This document shows, in pieces, positions 13,453-26,100 of a stretch of 64,000 nt of DNA (position 1 is its first letter; every line of letters starts with the position of its first letter). This DNA comes from the human T2T-CHM13v2.0 reference genome, Homo sapiens: the NCBI RefSeq assembly GCF_009914755.1, contig NC_060925.1; one strand, given 5' to 3'. The notes beneath the pieces were generated by a model that was given only the letters and a program-made list of their open reading frames with translations, was not told the DNA's origin and ran no database searches. The position numbers and the translations under genes were made by a program.

Positions 13453-13885
13453 GAGACACCAGATGCTATAGGGGAGCCAGAACTGAAACTGCTCCATCAG
13501 CTGGAGCTGCGATTTTTGGCAAGTCACTCTTCCTCTTCTTCTGCCCTCCAAACTGAATAGTCTGGTCTGATTTTCTCTGGGGTCTTTCTGCTCTAACATT
13601 CTATGATCTTAATTTTCATTTAATTATTCCACAATGCCTCAAAAATGAGGACACAATCAATGGTGTCAAAGGGTAAAGAGATATAGGATAAAATGAGAAT
13701 AAAAGGTACCCACTGATTTTTGCCATTTTGAATGAGATGATCGGGGTGGAAGAACATGTTAAATTGAGGAGTGAATAGAAAGTAAATAGAAATAGATTGC
13801 AAAGAAGAAAAAGACATAGAGAAATGGCCAGAGCTGTGATGAGTCTGGTGAAATTTGGAAAGGGGAAATGATAGTACAAAAAATA

Positions 13886-14253
13886 CAGCTGCCCCTTGGT
13901 ATCTGCAAGGATGATAGGGTCTTTCTTCTTATTTCCCAAAGTTCTAGAAGGGATTGGTCCCAGGAGCCACACCGCCCCCTAACTCCCCACCCTCGGGACA
14001 CCAAAATCCATGATGCTCAAGTTCCGTATATAAAATAGAATAGTATTTGCATATAACCTACCCATATCCTTTCCCATATTTTAAATCATCTCTAGATTAC
14101 TTCTAATATCTGATGCAATGTAAATGTTATGCAAATAGTTGTTCTACTGTGTTGGCTTTTATATTTGTATTACTTTTTATTGTTGTATTGCTATTTTGTC
14201 CCGAATATTTTCAATCTCAGATGGTTGAATCCAGGGGTACAGGGAGCCAGCTG
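13886..14253 (+). mobile_element. MER2/MER2B (TcMar-Tigger MITE) with a ~40-bp foreign insert
   Basis: TIRs cagctgccccttggtatc...gtacagggagccagctg with TA TSDs (13884-5, 14254-5); internal tagtatttgcatataacctac...ttaaatcatctctagattact. Confidence 0.9.
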
Positions 14254-14975
14254 TATACTTTACTATTAGATATATAAAAGCAGCTAAGGAAGTCATATGC
14301 TATTCAACATGTAGGATACTTTTCAGCTCTTAAATTGGGATTCCTGAGTGTTTTAGTTTTTGTTTTAGGATGACCTGGGGAAAAGATAAAAATTGATGGA
14401 AGTGGGAAAAGAGTAAAAGAGTGAATTGTGCTAAACAGAAGGATAATAGTCTTTTTTCTTATTCCCCAAAGTTCTGGAACTGAAGAAATAGAATATCCCT
14501 GGACACTGAAGGTGGGTGGAGATGTAGAGGAAAGAGTGTGACATTGGAGCGTGTGGACCTGACTTACCAACCATGGCCAGGGAAACAGGATCCAGAAGAC
14601 ATATGGGCACCACCAGTAGACTCATGACTCAGCCCCTCTTCAGTCTAATGTTTTAAAAGCACTTGTTCAACCATACTTAAAGGAGAAGCTGACCAAGGGA
14701 AGGACAAATGACCTCTAGAGCCCACAGTTCAAATCTGGCCCCACACTTGGCACTCATGCATCCAAACAAAGGCTGACATTTGCCCAAACTGTCCTGTCTT
14801 AGAAAGCAGTTTAGCAGGTTCCTTAGAGGTCTCACCTCCCATCTCCAGTGATTTTTTTTAAAGTCTCCTGTTCCAATAGTCTCCCTGAGGTTAAATATGT
14901 GTATATGGGTGTGTACGTACTAGTATATAAATGTCTATGTATATGTGTATGGTTGTATCAGAAGTTTAAAAAATA

Positions 14976-15625
14976 CAGTTCATTCTCTTTATTCATAGCA
15001 ACTGTGTTCTATAAAATTACCAGGAACTTTGAATTAATGACTACTGAACCATTGATCCTAAGGGAAGAACAGGACTAGGTTCCTTGAAGCCTCTGGTCAT
15101 GATGTTGTCATCAACTGATCAATACATAGCCTTGTTTTATGTTGTCTCTGTTTAAAGACACCTTTACTAGATATTGTTGACTCATTAACATTGAACTCTC
15201 GGCCAACAGTGCTGTAACTTATGCCTGGATGAAGCTTATCTAACACAGGTATTTTCTCTGTAAGGCTCAGAACAGTGTTCTTGCGCTTAGGAACAGTAGC
15301 CAGCCCTTCAGCATTGTATTTGGGGGGTCATTTTAAACAGCAAAATCACCAAAAAACCGCATAAAAATGTAAAAACATGTGAGACTAAATAGACTGCTAA
15401 AAGGACACTTGTTTACAGTATGAGAGCAGAAAAGCAAGGCAGAGTACCAGTTCATTGAACCTTTGCTGAAACCACACATATGGTGACAAATAGTTCCTCA
15501 TTCTGCACATGTCTGTGAACGACTGAAAAAAGACCAAGAAAATGGATTGAGTTGTACAAATACATTTTAGCTAGTAGATGAATTCATGAATACAAAAAAA
15601 ACCCATAAATAATGTGGATCAATCA
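14976..15625. mobile_element. MER82 (TcMar-Tigger), full length ~650 bp
   Basis: Follows the MER82 consensus (tactgaaccattg, gcctctggtca, cattaacattgaactc, cattttaaacagcaaaatcacc, aaaaggacacttgtttacagtatgagagc); TA on both sides. Confidence 0.85.
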
Positions 15626-15644
15626 TACAGGTATGTGTATATAT

Positions 15645-15790
15645 TGATATTGGGCAAGTTCTCTAATCTCTTGAAGCCTCAATTTACCTAACTATAAAAT
15701 AGGATTCATAATACTTCCTTATAGTGCTAGTGTGAAGGTGAAATAAAATAATCTGTGGAAAGCATCTGCAGGATATGCAATAAGCTTTTT
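15645..15790 (+). mobile_element. MIR fragment
   Basis: ttgggcaagttctctaatctcttgaagcctcaatttacctaactataaaatagg. Confidence 0.65.
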
Positions 15791-16140
15791 GAGCCACTGA
15801 GGAGGGAGCTATCACCTTTTCCCATGCACTCCCCTTCTCTTCATTTGGCAGCCTCATTTCTTCAGCAGACCATCCATGGTGAGCGGCTCTAACTTTCAAT
15901 CTGGCCAGATCATTTTCCCCTTGTATTAAAATTGTCCTGGAAAACCATTAGGTTGATTTTCAATCATCACAGCTAATACATTCCTTGTTGCAAATGCCAA
16001 GTATTCTGCACTTGCTTCAGTTTTTCAGATCTTCTCTCTCATATTCAGTACCTGGGGTGAAATCCATGCCTAGTAAAACAGCCCTTTTGTATCCAGGCCA
16101 GGATGCATCTCTGAGACTTGAATGCTTTTGCTTTCTCTCC

Positions 16141-16193
16141 TGTTTTTTGTTTTGTTTTGTTTTGTTTTGTTTTGGTTTTGTTTTGTTTTGTTT
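16141..16193. repeat. (TTTTG)n pentanucleotide microsatellite
   Basis: About ten TTTTG units with one interruption, read directly. Confidence 0.95.
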
Positions 16194-16687
16194 CTCTTCT
16201 CTGCCTGATCAATACTTTCCCATCTGAAGAAGCAAAACATTCTCTCTCTTCTGTTTCCCTTGCTGCTGATTCTGGCTCAAGGGGATGGGGGCAGGAGTGG
16301 AGGAAAGAGGGTCAGAGTCTATATTTAACCACAAAGATAATTCCTCCTTGACAGCAGCTCCAGAGAGAATTTGACATTTGAGGGGACTGAGTAGCAAGAG
16401 TAATTTGCATTTATCTGGCTATAGAAACAGAAGGGATTGGGAGCAACAAGTGATCTGTGGAGGTAAAAATGAGTCAGGGGTTTGGAAGAGGGAATATAGG
16501 GCAGGTGAAGAAGAAGAAATTATTTGCCAACAATGATGGAAGGATAAAGAACAAGACTCCTGAAACTATTTCCTTAAATGTCACACTAAAGCAACTCCAA
16601 GAGGATTGTAATAGCTTTGGAGTGGGACAAGTGGCACAGATGGGAAGGCTGACATGTCCCGGCTGCTTAAATACTCTGAATTCTAGA

Positions 16688-16849
16688 TCTGCATTTATCA
16701 AAATTTAATGTACACCCGAATTGCCCTGGATCTTGAATAAAATGCATATATTAATTCAGTAGGTTGGGGTGGGCCCCAAGATTTTGTATTTTTAGCAAGC
16801 TTCCAAATGAAGCTGATGTTGGTCCTGGGACCACACTTTGATTAGCAAA
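16688..16849 (+). mobile_element. MER5A1-like hAT-Charlie MITE
   Basis: tttaatgtacac..gaattgccctggatcttg..aaaatgca...attcagtaggttggggtgggcc...ggaccacactttgattagcaa. Confidence 0.7.
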
Positions 16850-16959
16850 GCTCTGCTAGAGCGTTTTGGGAGTCCACAGGCAAAGAAAAGCAAGGCAAGG
16901 TGAGCAGACAACCATCTCCCCTTCTCCCTTCTCTATTTATAGTTCTCTCTGCTTTTAAA

Positions 16960-17330
16960 GCCTCATTTTGTATTTTCCTCTTTACTTGTCTTTCCCCATC
17001 TACACTCAAGCACTTGGAGAATTTGGATTGTGTTTTGTCGATCTTTGCATATAAGGCTTTGTCCGGAGTGGGCACTTCATAAATATTAAAGTTGTACTTT
17101 AAAACATCCCTCTTTCTCCATGAAGCTTTGCCAGATCATTCCAGCCCTACAGCACTTGTTATCTGTATCATTCATTTGGCAATTAATCTTAGACAGCCTT
17201 ATGACAGTTTACGTATTGTTGTACTGGACTGTTATATATCTTTTGAATTGCTATTTATTTTTTAGCCCTTTATGTATTGACTCTGCTGCTAGGTTGTAAA
17301 TAAGTTCTTTGAGTTGAGGGACTGCATTTT
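16960..17330 (+). mobile_element. L2 relics (two degenerate 3' pieces)
   Basis: L2-like ctacactcaagcacttggag...gcacttcataaatatt and catccctctttctccatgaagctttgccaga...gagggactgc. Confidence 0.45.
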
Positions 17331-17424
17331 TATTTATTCATCAATCATTTAGTTTGTACCTACCTGTGCAAGGCAGTGTGCTAGGGTCTTGGTACACAAA
17401 GATAAATAAGGTAGGGTCACTGAG

Positions 17425-17670
17425 AGACAGCATGGTATAATGAGAAGGGTTCAGCTCTCAGCCAGAAACAACTAGGCTTGAATCCCAGCTCTGCTACTAA
17501 CTAGCTGTATGACCTTAAAAAAGAAAAACACACCACGACCTCGACCTTTACAGCTGTAAAATGGGTTAAACACATTAATCTTGTAGAATTGTGGTGAGAT
17601 TAGCTAAATGACATATATAACAGTTCCTGTAATAAGGATCTGGTGGGCACTTTGAAAAAATAATTCCCTG
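17425..17670 (+). mobile_element. MIR SINE
   Basis: acagcatggtataatgagaag...gaatcccagctctgctactaactagctgtatgacctt...ctgtaaaatggg. Confidence 0.75.
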
Positions 17671-17879
17671 CCCTTCGGAAAGTTATCACCAAGTAGTTTA
17701 TAAAAAATGACAAATATACAAATAGCCAAAGCACCAGAGAGACTATTTTAGTGGGGTCCTTCTTTATAACTCCCCCAGGTCTAGCTGGGAAGGGCTTAAT
17801 AAATGCCTGTTGCTTGATTGAACACAACCATAGTATCTACTACCATAAAGGTGCTTGGAGAGAGTTAATTGGATTCAAT

Positions 17880-18150
17880 TTTATTTATTAATTTTAATTA
17901 TTTGAAACTTACTATATTGACTCCTCCTATGATCAGGCCATGGACTAGGCTCTATAAAAGCATAAGGATCTCTCAGTTCTTTGCTTCATGGAGCTTGTAG
18001 GAAGAACTCTGCTTACAAAAAAAATGCTGTCACTAAAGAATGGATGACATAAACAAGAACCAGAAGTGCAAATAAAAACATAAGCTGAGAAGAGGAAGGA
18101 ATATATCAATTCTGACAGTGGTAATAGGGAGGAGGAGGTGGCCTCTGAGC
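17880..18150 (-). mobile_element. L2 3' fragment
   Basis: tattgactcctcctatgatcaggccatggactaggctct...ttgcttcatggagctt. Confidence 0.5.
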
Positions 18151-19351
18151 AAAAGGGGAACCCAAGGAACAGTGCAGGTGAGGGGCCAGTTAGGAGGGCT
18201 TGGGGAAAGTTCGAGTTGGTGGAAGGCAGCCTATAGCTGTCTTCTAGGCCGTGAAGAAGCCGACTAGATGGCAATACCCTAGATGCTGCTGGGGGACTCC
18301 AGGCATGGCCTCCTTTGCTCTGACACCCTCACTATTAAGAATAATCTCTCCTTTGGTCCAGATGAGAAGCCTGAGGCAGAATCTAGGAGATGGCTGCCCA
18401 CATGGTAGAGATAAGGCAGGGCTAATATTTGGTATACCTGTCTGCCAACCTGTGGATTAGGTGGGATCCAGACTTTCTTCCATTTTGAAATAACTAAAAG
18501 GAAGAAGACCTTGGAAGCAGAAGAGCAGAAAGTTCTTTTTGGCTCCTGGGCCAGATTATTGTCCCTACTCATCTACTTGGAGCAAGGATAAATATTGCTT
18601 CCACCCTAGTCTTCATGTTTTTCCCTGAGCCTGCGCTGAAAATATGACTTTAGTGACTATGGCCTCTGGTTTGAACCAATCCAGGAATTTCTGGCAATGA
18701 CAGCTATCAGCAGGCAGTGAGCCCAAAGAGGTTAAAAAGTTAAGTCTGTCTGACTCATCATGGTGCTGAATTCTTAGCTTCAACGGAGTCCTGGTTCTTT
18801 ACTCCTGCCCTTGGAATCTGCTAGAGTAAATGTCGGCCTGACATATGGTTCACATTTCTGCCATGCCCAGAGATGTCACGTGGGAGCAGCTCTTGATGGT
18901 TTCAGGGTACCAGGCCATATTTGCTGCACCCTTAATGGTGCTACCTGTCTTGCAAAAATCCTGTGGATTATTCTATAATCCAGAAAAGCCATTCAGAGGG
19001 ATTTTACTTAATTTAACCTAAATGAGAGATACTTTTAAGAGCTGTGTAGGTTTGTCCAATCACACCTAGAAATTAACAGTTTTCATACTTCTAGCTTCCT
19101 TCTCACAGCAAACAATCATGGGTTATCAAACCATAAATCAGCAGTTAATGGATTTTTTATCTATGTGCTTTGGCCTTTGGTATGGTTTTTAATTTTCTTT
19201 TAATTTGTATCAGTCTCAGTCCTGCTTCTTCAATTTTTCCAGCATCTTCAGGTTAGAGGATGCTGCAGTGATGCCCTGCTCCTAGGTGATCTGCAGGAAG
19301 GAAGGATGCATGCCCATACCTTCACAATCAAACACAATTTTCCACAATTGA

Positions 19352-20000
<649 letters not shown>

Positions 20001-22182
20001 TATATGTGTGTTTAGAGTTGGGGTAGGAGGAGAAGGCTGAGAGCAGGATGGATTCCCTCATGAAAGCTCTGCATGGGAAGAATCTGTCTTGCAGTTCATA
20101 TGACTTCAGCCTCCAGAGAAGAAGGCTGGGTGAGCAGTTAGAAACATAAAAATTAGAGCTGGGGAAGCCTTCTGATTAAAATGGGCAGCCAGGTGACCTG
20201 AGTGTTGCATCAACTGAAAAATTCATATCCAGTACCAGGCCTGTTAAAGACCAAGGGTGGAAATTAACCTCTCTTAGCACAATGATTAAGCTGCTGTCAA
20301 TAGAGCCCTTTTCCACTAGTGCTAAAAACTTACTGATTTTTCTTTTCTTTAATTGGATTAAAATGAAGGCAACCCAAGACCTCAGGGGAAAGAAAGCTGA
20401 GCAGAAACCATACTCTCTAGGGGCTCCAGACTCTGCCAACTGTGTTGCTCCAGGTGTGAGAGAGCTTTGTGTGCCTTTGATGCCTGGACTGAGCAAGCCA
20501 GCTATGTGGCTTAATTATCACAAGGCAAACTGCTAGGATAGGGTCTGCAGTGGACTTGCTTCAGATACTACAGACTTCCAGAGCCAGAAAGAGAAGTGAA
20601 GCACGTTGTTTAGCCTACAAGTGGTTTTAATCTGTTGCTGTCTTGAGACATTAGGGACCTCTGACTGGTGGTGAGCACCTGCCTGCATTTGTCTTCTGGG
20701 TGGATTCAGACCATCCAGTATACCTCTCCTGTTTCTGCAAAGATCTATAACTTGCTCTCATTATCCTGAGATGCATAAGGATAGATAAATAATGGGGGTG
20801 ATGAACGCCCTGGGGTAATGGTCCTGAAGTGGATTCCCAGGGCCAGTGTGAACCTGCACAGTGTCTTTGGGTGAATCAGAAAAAGGGTGTCCCTCTGGGC
20901 AGTGATAGTCACTCAGCCGCACTAAGTGGCCAGATAAAATGTTGATGCCAAGAAAAGAGTGGCCCTTTCTGGGAAAAGAGATGGAGGAGGGGGGATCAGA
21001 CACAGCCCTTATGGTTCACAGCTTGATAAACAGAATGCGGACTGGACTTCAGCCATCCCTCCCCACCTCAGCAAGATGCATCGGGACAGGGCAAAAATCT
21101 GCATAACCATCAGTAGTGGCCCTGGTGACAACTTGTGAAGCAAGGGAGCAGTGAGATATCTCAAGGCATCGGACTGTGTGGAGGAGGAGGAGCCCTTTAC
21201 TTCTGTAGGACTTTCCTAGCAGATTCTATAGGATTTTGCTAGCTCCGGGCTCAGCTAAACAAATGTTGGTGAAATAGGAACACAGGACTTTTGAACCAAA
21301 GCAGATCTGAAGCAGCAGGCCAGGAACTGGTGCAAAGGGAAGGAAATGATGTCTGCTTCCCAGGTATATGCTCTGATCAGCACCACTCATCTTTCCCTGT
21401 GAGTTGGTGCCTCAGTCTTCCCCACAGCCCCAATGTAGTATATTCGGAAAGACGGCTGTAACATCCCCAACATTTTTGCAGCAGATGGAGTCAGGACGCA
21501 CTCTTGCACTTCACACACAGATAATGGTGCACACCCCAGGTGCCTCACATTCTTCCTTTCTTTGAGGTTGTGTGCTTTTTGATGTCTTGGTTCCCAGCCA
21601 CAATGGGTTTTAAAGGGATTTGGGAGGAATACATGGGAAGAAAAATTATTTCCACGTGAGTTGAACAATTGAGAGGAATTTCTGAACCAGACAATGACCA
21701 TAGAGCAAGAAAAAAAATCTGTTGGGGGTGATTTGAAAGTAATACTAGACCCACATATATCTACACTTAGATGGGAAGAAAAAGTGCTTTCTTTTCCCTG
21801 TCTCCATTTTTCTCTCTCCCTCTCTATCTCTCTCAAATGATAATCCTATTGCCGGAATAGAAACTAATTGTTTTCTTCTTCCTAAGTATTTTTCCTTCCT
21901 GAATACTGCCTCTTCTTTAATATCCTAAAAAAGCATTACCATGTGAATAGGTTCCAGCCAGCACAATCAAGAGCCTTTTCTGGGGTTTGCCAGATGCTTT
22001 TAACAGACACCATACTTGCAAGCATCCGTGAAACATTTAAAACTGTTTGTTCATCCTCATCCACCCCCACCCATCTGCATGGTTCTTTTCTTCTGTAGGA
22101 ATACAAGTCTTACCCTGGGTTCCAGATTCTGGGAGTCCCCACAAACCCTCTTCAGTGCCTTCTTGAGCTGTGCCTGTTATGA

Positions 22183-22370
22183 TATGGCCAGCAAGATAAG
22201 AATAGTTTTTTAAATGGTTGGATACAAACCAAAAGAAGAAGACACATACTAATTATATGAAATTCAGATTTCACGGGTAGAGTGGAGTAATTGCACAGAG
22301 ATGGTATGGCCAATACAGCCCTAATTATTTGCTCTCTGGCCTTTTACAGAGAAAAGTTCCCTAAATCCTG
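22183..22370. mobile_element. MER58B-like hAT-Charlie element with internal deletion
   Basis: taagaatagttttttaaatggttg...aattatatgaaattcagatttca...agagtggagtaattgcacagaga...ctggccttttacagagaaaagtt. Confidence 0.7.
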
Positions 22371-22584
22371 AGCTTCTTAACTGAGCTTCCAGTCACTGAG
22401 GAAGAACTCAGCCAGAATTGTTTTCTAGGCTAGGCCCGTCCAGGGAAGGCAATACACTAGAGATAAGAATTCAAAGGGAGACTCGTGTTGAGGGCTCTGG
22501 ATTGAGATGAGCATAGATATTTTTGCGTGGAGATTTTGGAAGTGCAGTGTTCATACGCACATGACGCTATGCAATTTTTCACCA

Positions 22585-22628
22585 TACACAAATGCACATG
22601 CACACACACACACACACACATACACACA
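22585..22628. repeat. (CA)n microsatellite, (CA)10 pure core at 22601-22620
   Basis: Read directly. Confidence 0.95.
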
Positions 22629-22675
22629 AATCAGGAAGTCAGAGTCTTCTATTCATGGGGCTGTGGTTGCATCAC

Positions 22676-22760
22676 CCCCTTAGGTCAGGTTGTCAAAGGA
22701 GCCAACGGTCAGGTTGGCTCAAAGGAGCCCCTTAGGTCAGGTTGTCAAAGGAGCCAACGG
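22676..22760. repeat. Perfect 33-bp direct duplication with a templated 19-bp spacer
   Basis: ccccttaggtcaggttgtcaaaggagccaacgg occurs at 22676-22708 and 22728-22760. Confidence 0.97.
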
Positions 22761-23012
22761 CAATGTGGCTGGTCTGGATGGAGGATTCTAGGACTCTGCT
22801 GTTGATCAGTTTACTCCTGATAACTGAAATATTCAGGGGCATTGGGCTCTTATAAGTGAAACAAAACCCATGAGGAAAATAGTTTAGTCCTTCTGCAAGT
22901 ATCTTGTTATCTGTCCTATCTCTGCTTAATTCCAAATCTAACCTCTCTGCTGATTGGACACTCCAGAGGAAACTGAGCTTTTGGCAGCTAAGTGTAGATC
23001 TATGCCTGACTC

Positions 23013-23200
23013 CTCAGGTTCTCAATGCAACACTTTAACCTGGGGGTGGCTTGTAAGCAATTAAAAAAATATAAATCTGATTCCTAGACCTCATACTCAG
23101 GAGAATGTGATCTGTGGGCCTGGGATGGAATGGAGACTAGTTATTTGCATTTTCAAAAGCACCCCAGGTGATCCTGATACACACTAAAGACTAAAAGCTG
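23013..23200. mobile_element. MER5-family relic
   Basis: ggttctcaa...tttgcattttcaaaagcaccccaggtgatcctgat. Confidence 0.5.
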
Positions 23201-24289
23201 CCTTTCTCTTCTTCCTCACAGGTGTCAATTGGCAGCATTTCCACCTCAAAAAAATTCAGAGGAAACACACCCCTGCTCCATTTTTCCTCATACCCACCTA
23301 TTGTCCTTCAGTTCTGTTCAGTTGGTTCATTAACTCTGCCTGGAGAGCCTGCTATGTGCCAGACACTGCACTAGGCTGCATGAGTACCAAAGCAGGTTAG
23401 ACAGGGAGGCAGGGGTAGGAGATATACATGCCTCAGGAGGTCATTCTCCCCCTGCAGGGTGACCAGTGCTCTGATGGGTTGCCAAAGGTGCTGTGACTCA
23501 CAAAAGAGCAGGGGCATGCTCCTCAACCTGCACTCACCTGGGCAGGTTCTCTGGACTTCTCTATATCTGTGCCACCACCTTGCCCCTTTGCCTGGGCTGC
23601 CAGCTTCCCTGTGGCTGGGTCTGCAAGAACATTCATAATTGCAGGAAGGAGGGAAGCTTTGGTGGGAGTGTTTGGCCCTTCTGTTGAACTAAGAGTCCTC
23701 TTTTCCTCTCTCTGCAACTCATCGCAGGGGCTGGAAGGAACAATGAAGTTTGCACTCAGCTGTCGATTCAGCTGATGATGCAGGAGGCTGGGAACGAGGT
23801 GCTGGGGCAGCCTTCCATGGACAGCTATATTGGCCCCACGGCGCTCAGCTTAGAGATAATACAAACTTTGTTCTTTTCTTTACTCTTTTTGTTATCAGTA
23901 AACAAAGCAGATCCGCTGCTGGGGTGACACTGAGGGATGAGATGCACAGTGACAAGGTGCCTGAATATATATTTTTCTGAACTATGATGAATTTTTTTCA
24001 ACAGAGTCAGTATTCTGACCACTGTCCCCCGCTGACACTTTTATTATCTGTAGCTCAATTTCATGGAGCAGATTTGGTTTTCTTCTCCAATCCTAAGATT
24101 CTTTTTAAAACAAATCAGCTTCACTCTCTGGTGGTGGCTTTGTTTGTCCTTTTCTTTTTCTGGGATGACATTTTTTGAGGACTGAATATTTGTAGCTCTG
24201 TGTGGAATAAAAGCATTCATTTTCTCCAAGAAGCCTCTTTTTTCACCCCCTCTTGTTGCCAAAGAAGCAGGGCTGGACAGTGAGACCAA

Positions 24290-24560
24290 TGATAATAATA
24301 AAAGATAATATTTATTGAATGCTAACTCTGTAACAGGCACCTTTCATTTGGCTCTATACCCATGATGGCTTCTACTCCTCACAACAGCCCCATGAAGTAA
24401 GTGCTAGTATTACTCTCATATTACAGAGAAAGAAATGCAGGCTCAAAGAGATTTTGAAAGTCATTTGCCCCACATCGCAAGTTCATAAGTTGCAGAGTCA
24501 GGATTTAAACTCAGGCTCAGTCTGGCTACAGAGCCTGGGTTCTTATCCATCACACAATGC
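24290..24560 (-). mobile_element. MIR SINE, near full length
   Basis: tttattgaatgctaactctg...cctcacaacagccccatgaagta...ttacagagaaagaaatgcaggctcaaagag...ggatttaaactcagg. Confidence 0.85.
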
Positions 24561-25404
24561 TAGGTTACTCTGGACACAGTCTTGGCTCTCACATATGCAT
24601 AGCATTCCTTAACTCCCTGGATACTGAAAGTGGCTAATCCGGAAGAGGAGAGAAGGGAAGCTGTTCTTTTGAGTTTCTTATGTCATTGCTTTCCCCGGAC
24701 TTAGTGGTGTAAGTAATTTGGGATTGAACATGGGGATAAGAGCACACCACACAGTTCAAAATGAAGGTACTGATGTTCCCTTCTCAAGGAGCTGGGGCCC
24801 TCATTTTTCCTCGGTGTGTTATAATTATAGCCCCACTGGCTGCAGTCTATTTAGTTAAGACGGAAATGTGAGTTTAATAAACATTTCAAAGTGACTTTAT
24901 TGGCTGTACATTCTTGATGATGGCGCATCAAGAGAAAGAAGATTTTACCAACATAAAGATATTCAACCTCACTGAATCCATGGCTATGATCAATTCACTG
25001 TGAGTTTTCACCTAGAATTAAAAACTGTGGATTATCAAGGTGAGGGTGAGGATAAAGATATAGAATAACATATCAGAGATTCCAATAAGTAGCCAAGAAT
25101 ATTTCATCAATTTTTCCAAGGGGATTTCTCTTTCTCTCTCGTTCTATTCTAGCCTTTCCTCACTCCTCATTCACATCGTATCAAATTACATCCTGGAAAT
25201 GGCTTGCCTGTCCCTGCTGCCTGAGCTTACTAAAGGTAATGCTGAGCTGCCTGGCATGAGCTACCCCATAATCTAGTGTGGAGTTTTGTCAATGTTCAGA
25301 TCACAGAAGCAAAGGAAAGAAGAGGAACAAATCTACCTATGCACCTTATGGGACTCATCTAAATGGCACTTCCTCCACCTAAAGCCCCTAGCCTCATTTT
25401 CCCC

Positions 25405-25640
25405 TACTCATCCATTCATTCACTCACCAAATATTTATTCAGTTCAACAAATATATACTGGGCATCTAATGTAGGCCAGGTGCTGTGCTAGGCATACACA
25501 ATAGGGAAGAAGTAGAATAGCCCCTGCTGTCCACATGAGCATAGTTAAGTGGAGGAGGCAAACAATAAAATAAGTGCAATGATTGCATGTGGCTGGGATA
25601 CACGGAACACTTTGGGAACTCCTGGTGGGAAAGTGAATGT
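25405..25640 (-). mobile_element. L2 3' end
   Basis: catccattcattcactcaccaaatatttatt...atgtaggccaggtgctgtgctaggc. Confidence 0.7.
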
Positions 25641-25929
25641 GTCGATATGGTACCCCAGGTAGAAGGAACTGTCTGTTGGGTTTTTGTGTTACTTGCAGCC
25701 TGTAGCACCCTACCTGAAGAAGCATGCTTGAGAAGTCACTACATATACGCCACACTTCTACTTCACTGGCTATGTTCCTGTACATTCTGCAAGCATAGAT
25801 ATCTTCTTAACAGCTCTACCTATAGTCTTACACACTGTATGAGAACTACCTCAAATGTCCCCTCCCTTCATCCAAACCAACATGCTTCTCCTTCCCATAT
25901 GACTTTATGCCCATTTTGGAAGGCAATGG

Positions 25930-26100
25930 TCACATTTTCCCTAGTATCATAATTACTTCTGTGCTTATCTGATTCCTCCTACTGAACTGGAGGCTCTTTG
26001 ACCCTAGGCACAGTGTCTTATGCTTCTGTACAAACCTTGCAGTGCTTTCACAGTGTCTGACCTCAGTAAATACTAAGTGATGAATGGATGAATGAATGGA
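25930..26100 (+). mobile_element. L2 3' end
   Basis: cctactgaactggaggctctttga...ctcagtaaatactaagtgatgaatggatgaatgaatg. Confidence 0.65.

Noticed and set aside
18258-18276. CTCF-like motif agccgactagatggcaata
   Set aside because: Mismatch at one of the most invariant core C positions.
22676-22760. Repeat-spacer-repeat pattern as a CRISPR-like array
   Set aside because: Only two units, the spacer is derived from the repeat itself, the context is eukaryotic, and there are no cas genes.
23538-23620. Minus-strand exon candidate with a CAG|GTGAGT donor
   Set aside because: The acceptor has only a very short pyrimidine tract; not distinguishable from chance.
23984-24036. ATGATGA...CTGA as a C/D box snoRNA
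   Set aside because: Box spacing is too short (35-53 nt), there is no terminal stem, and no recognisable rRNA/snRNA antisense element.
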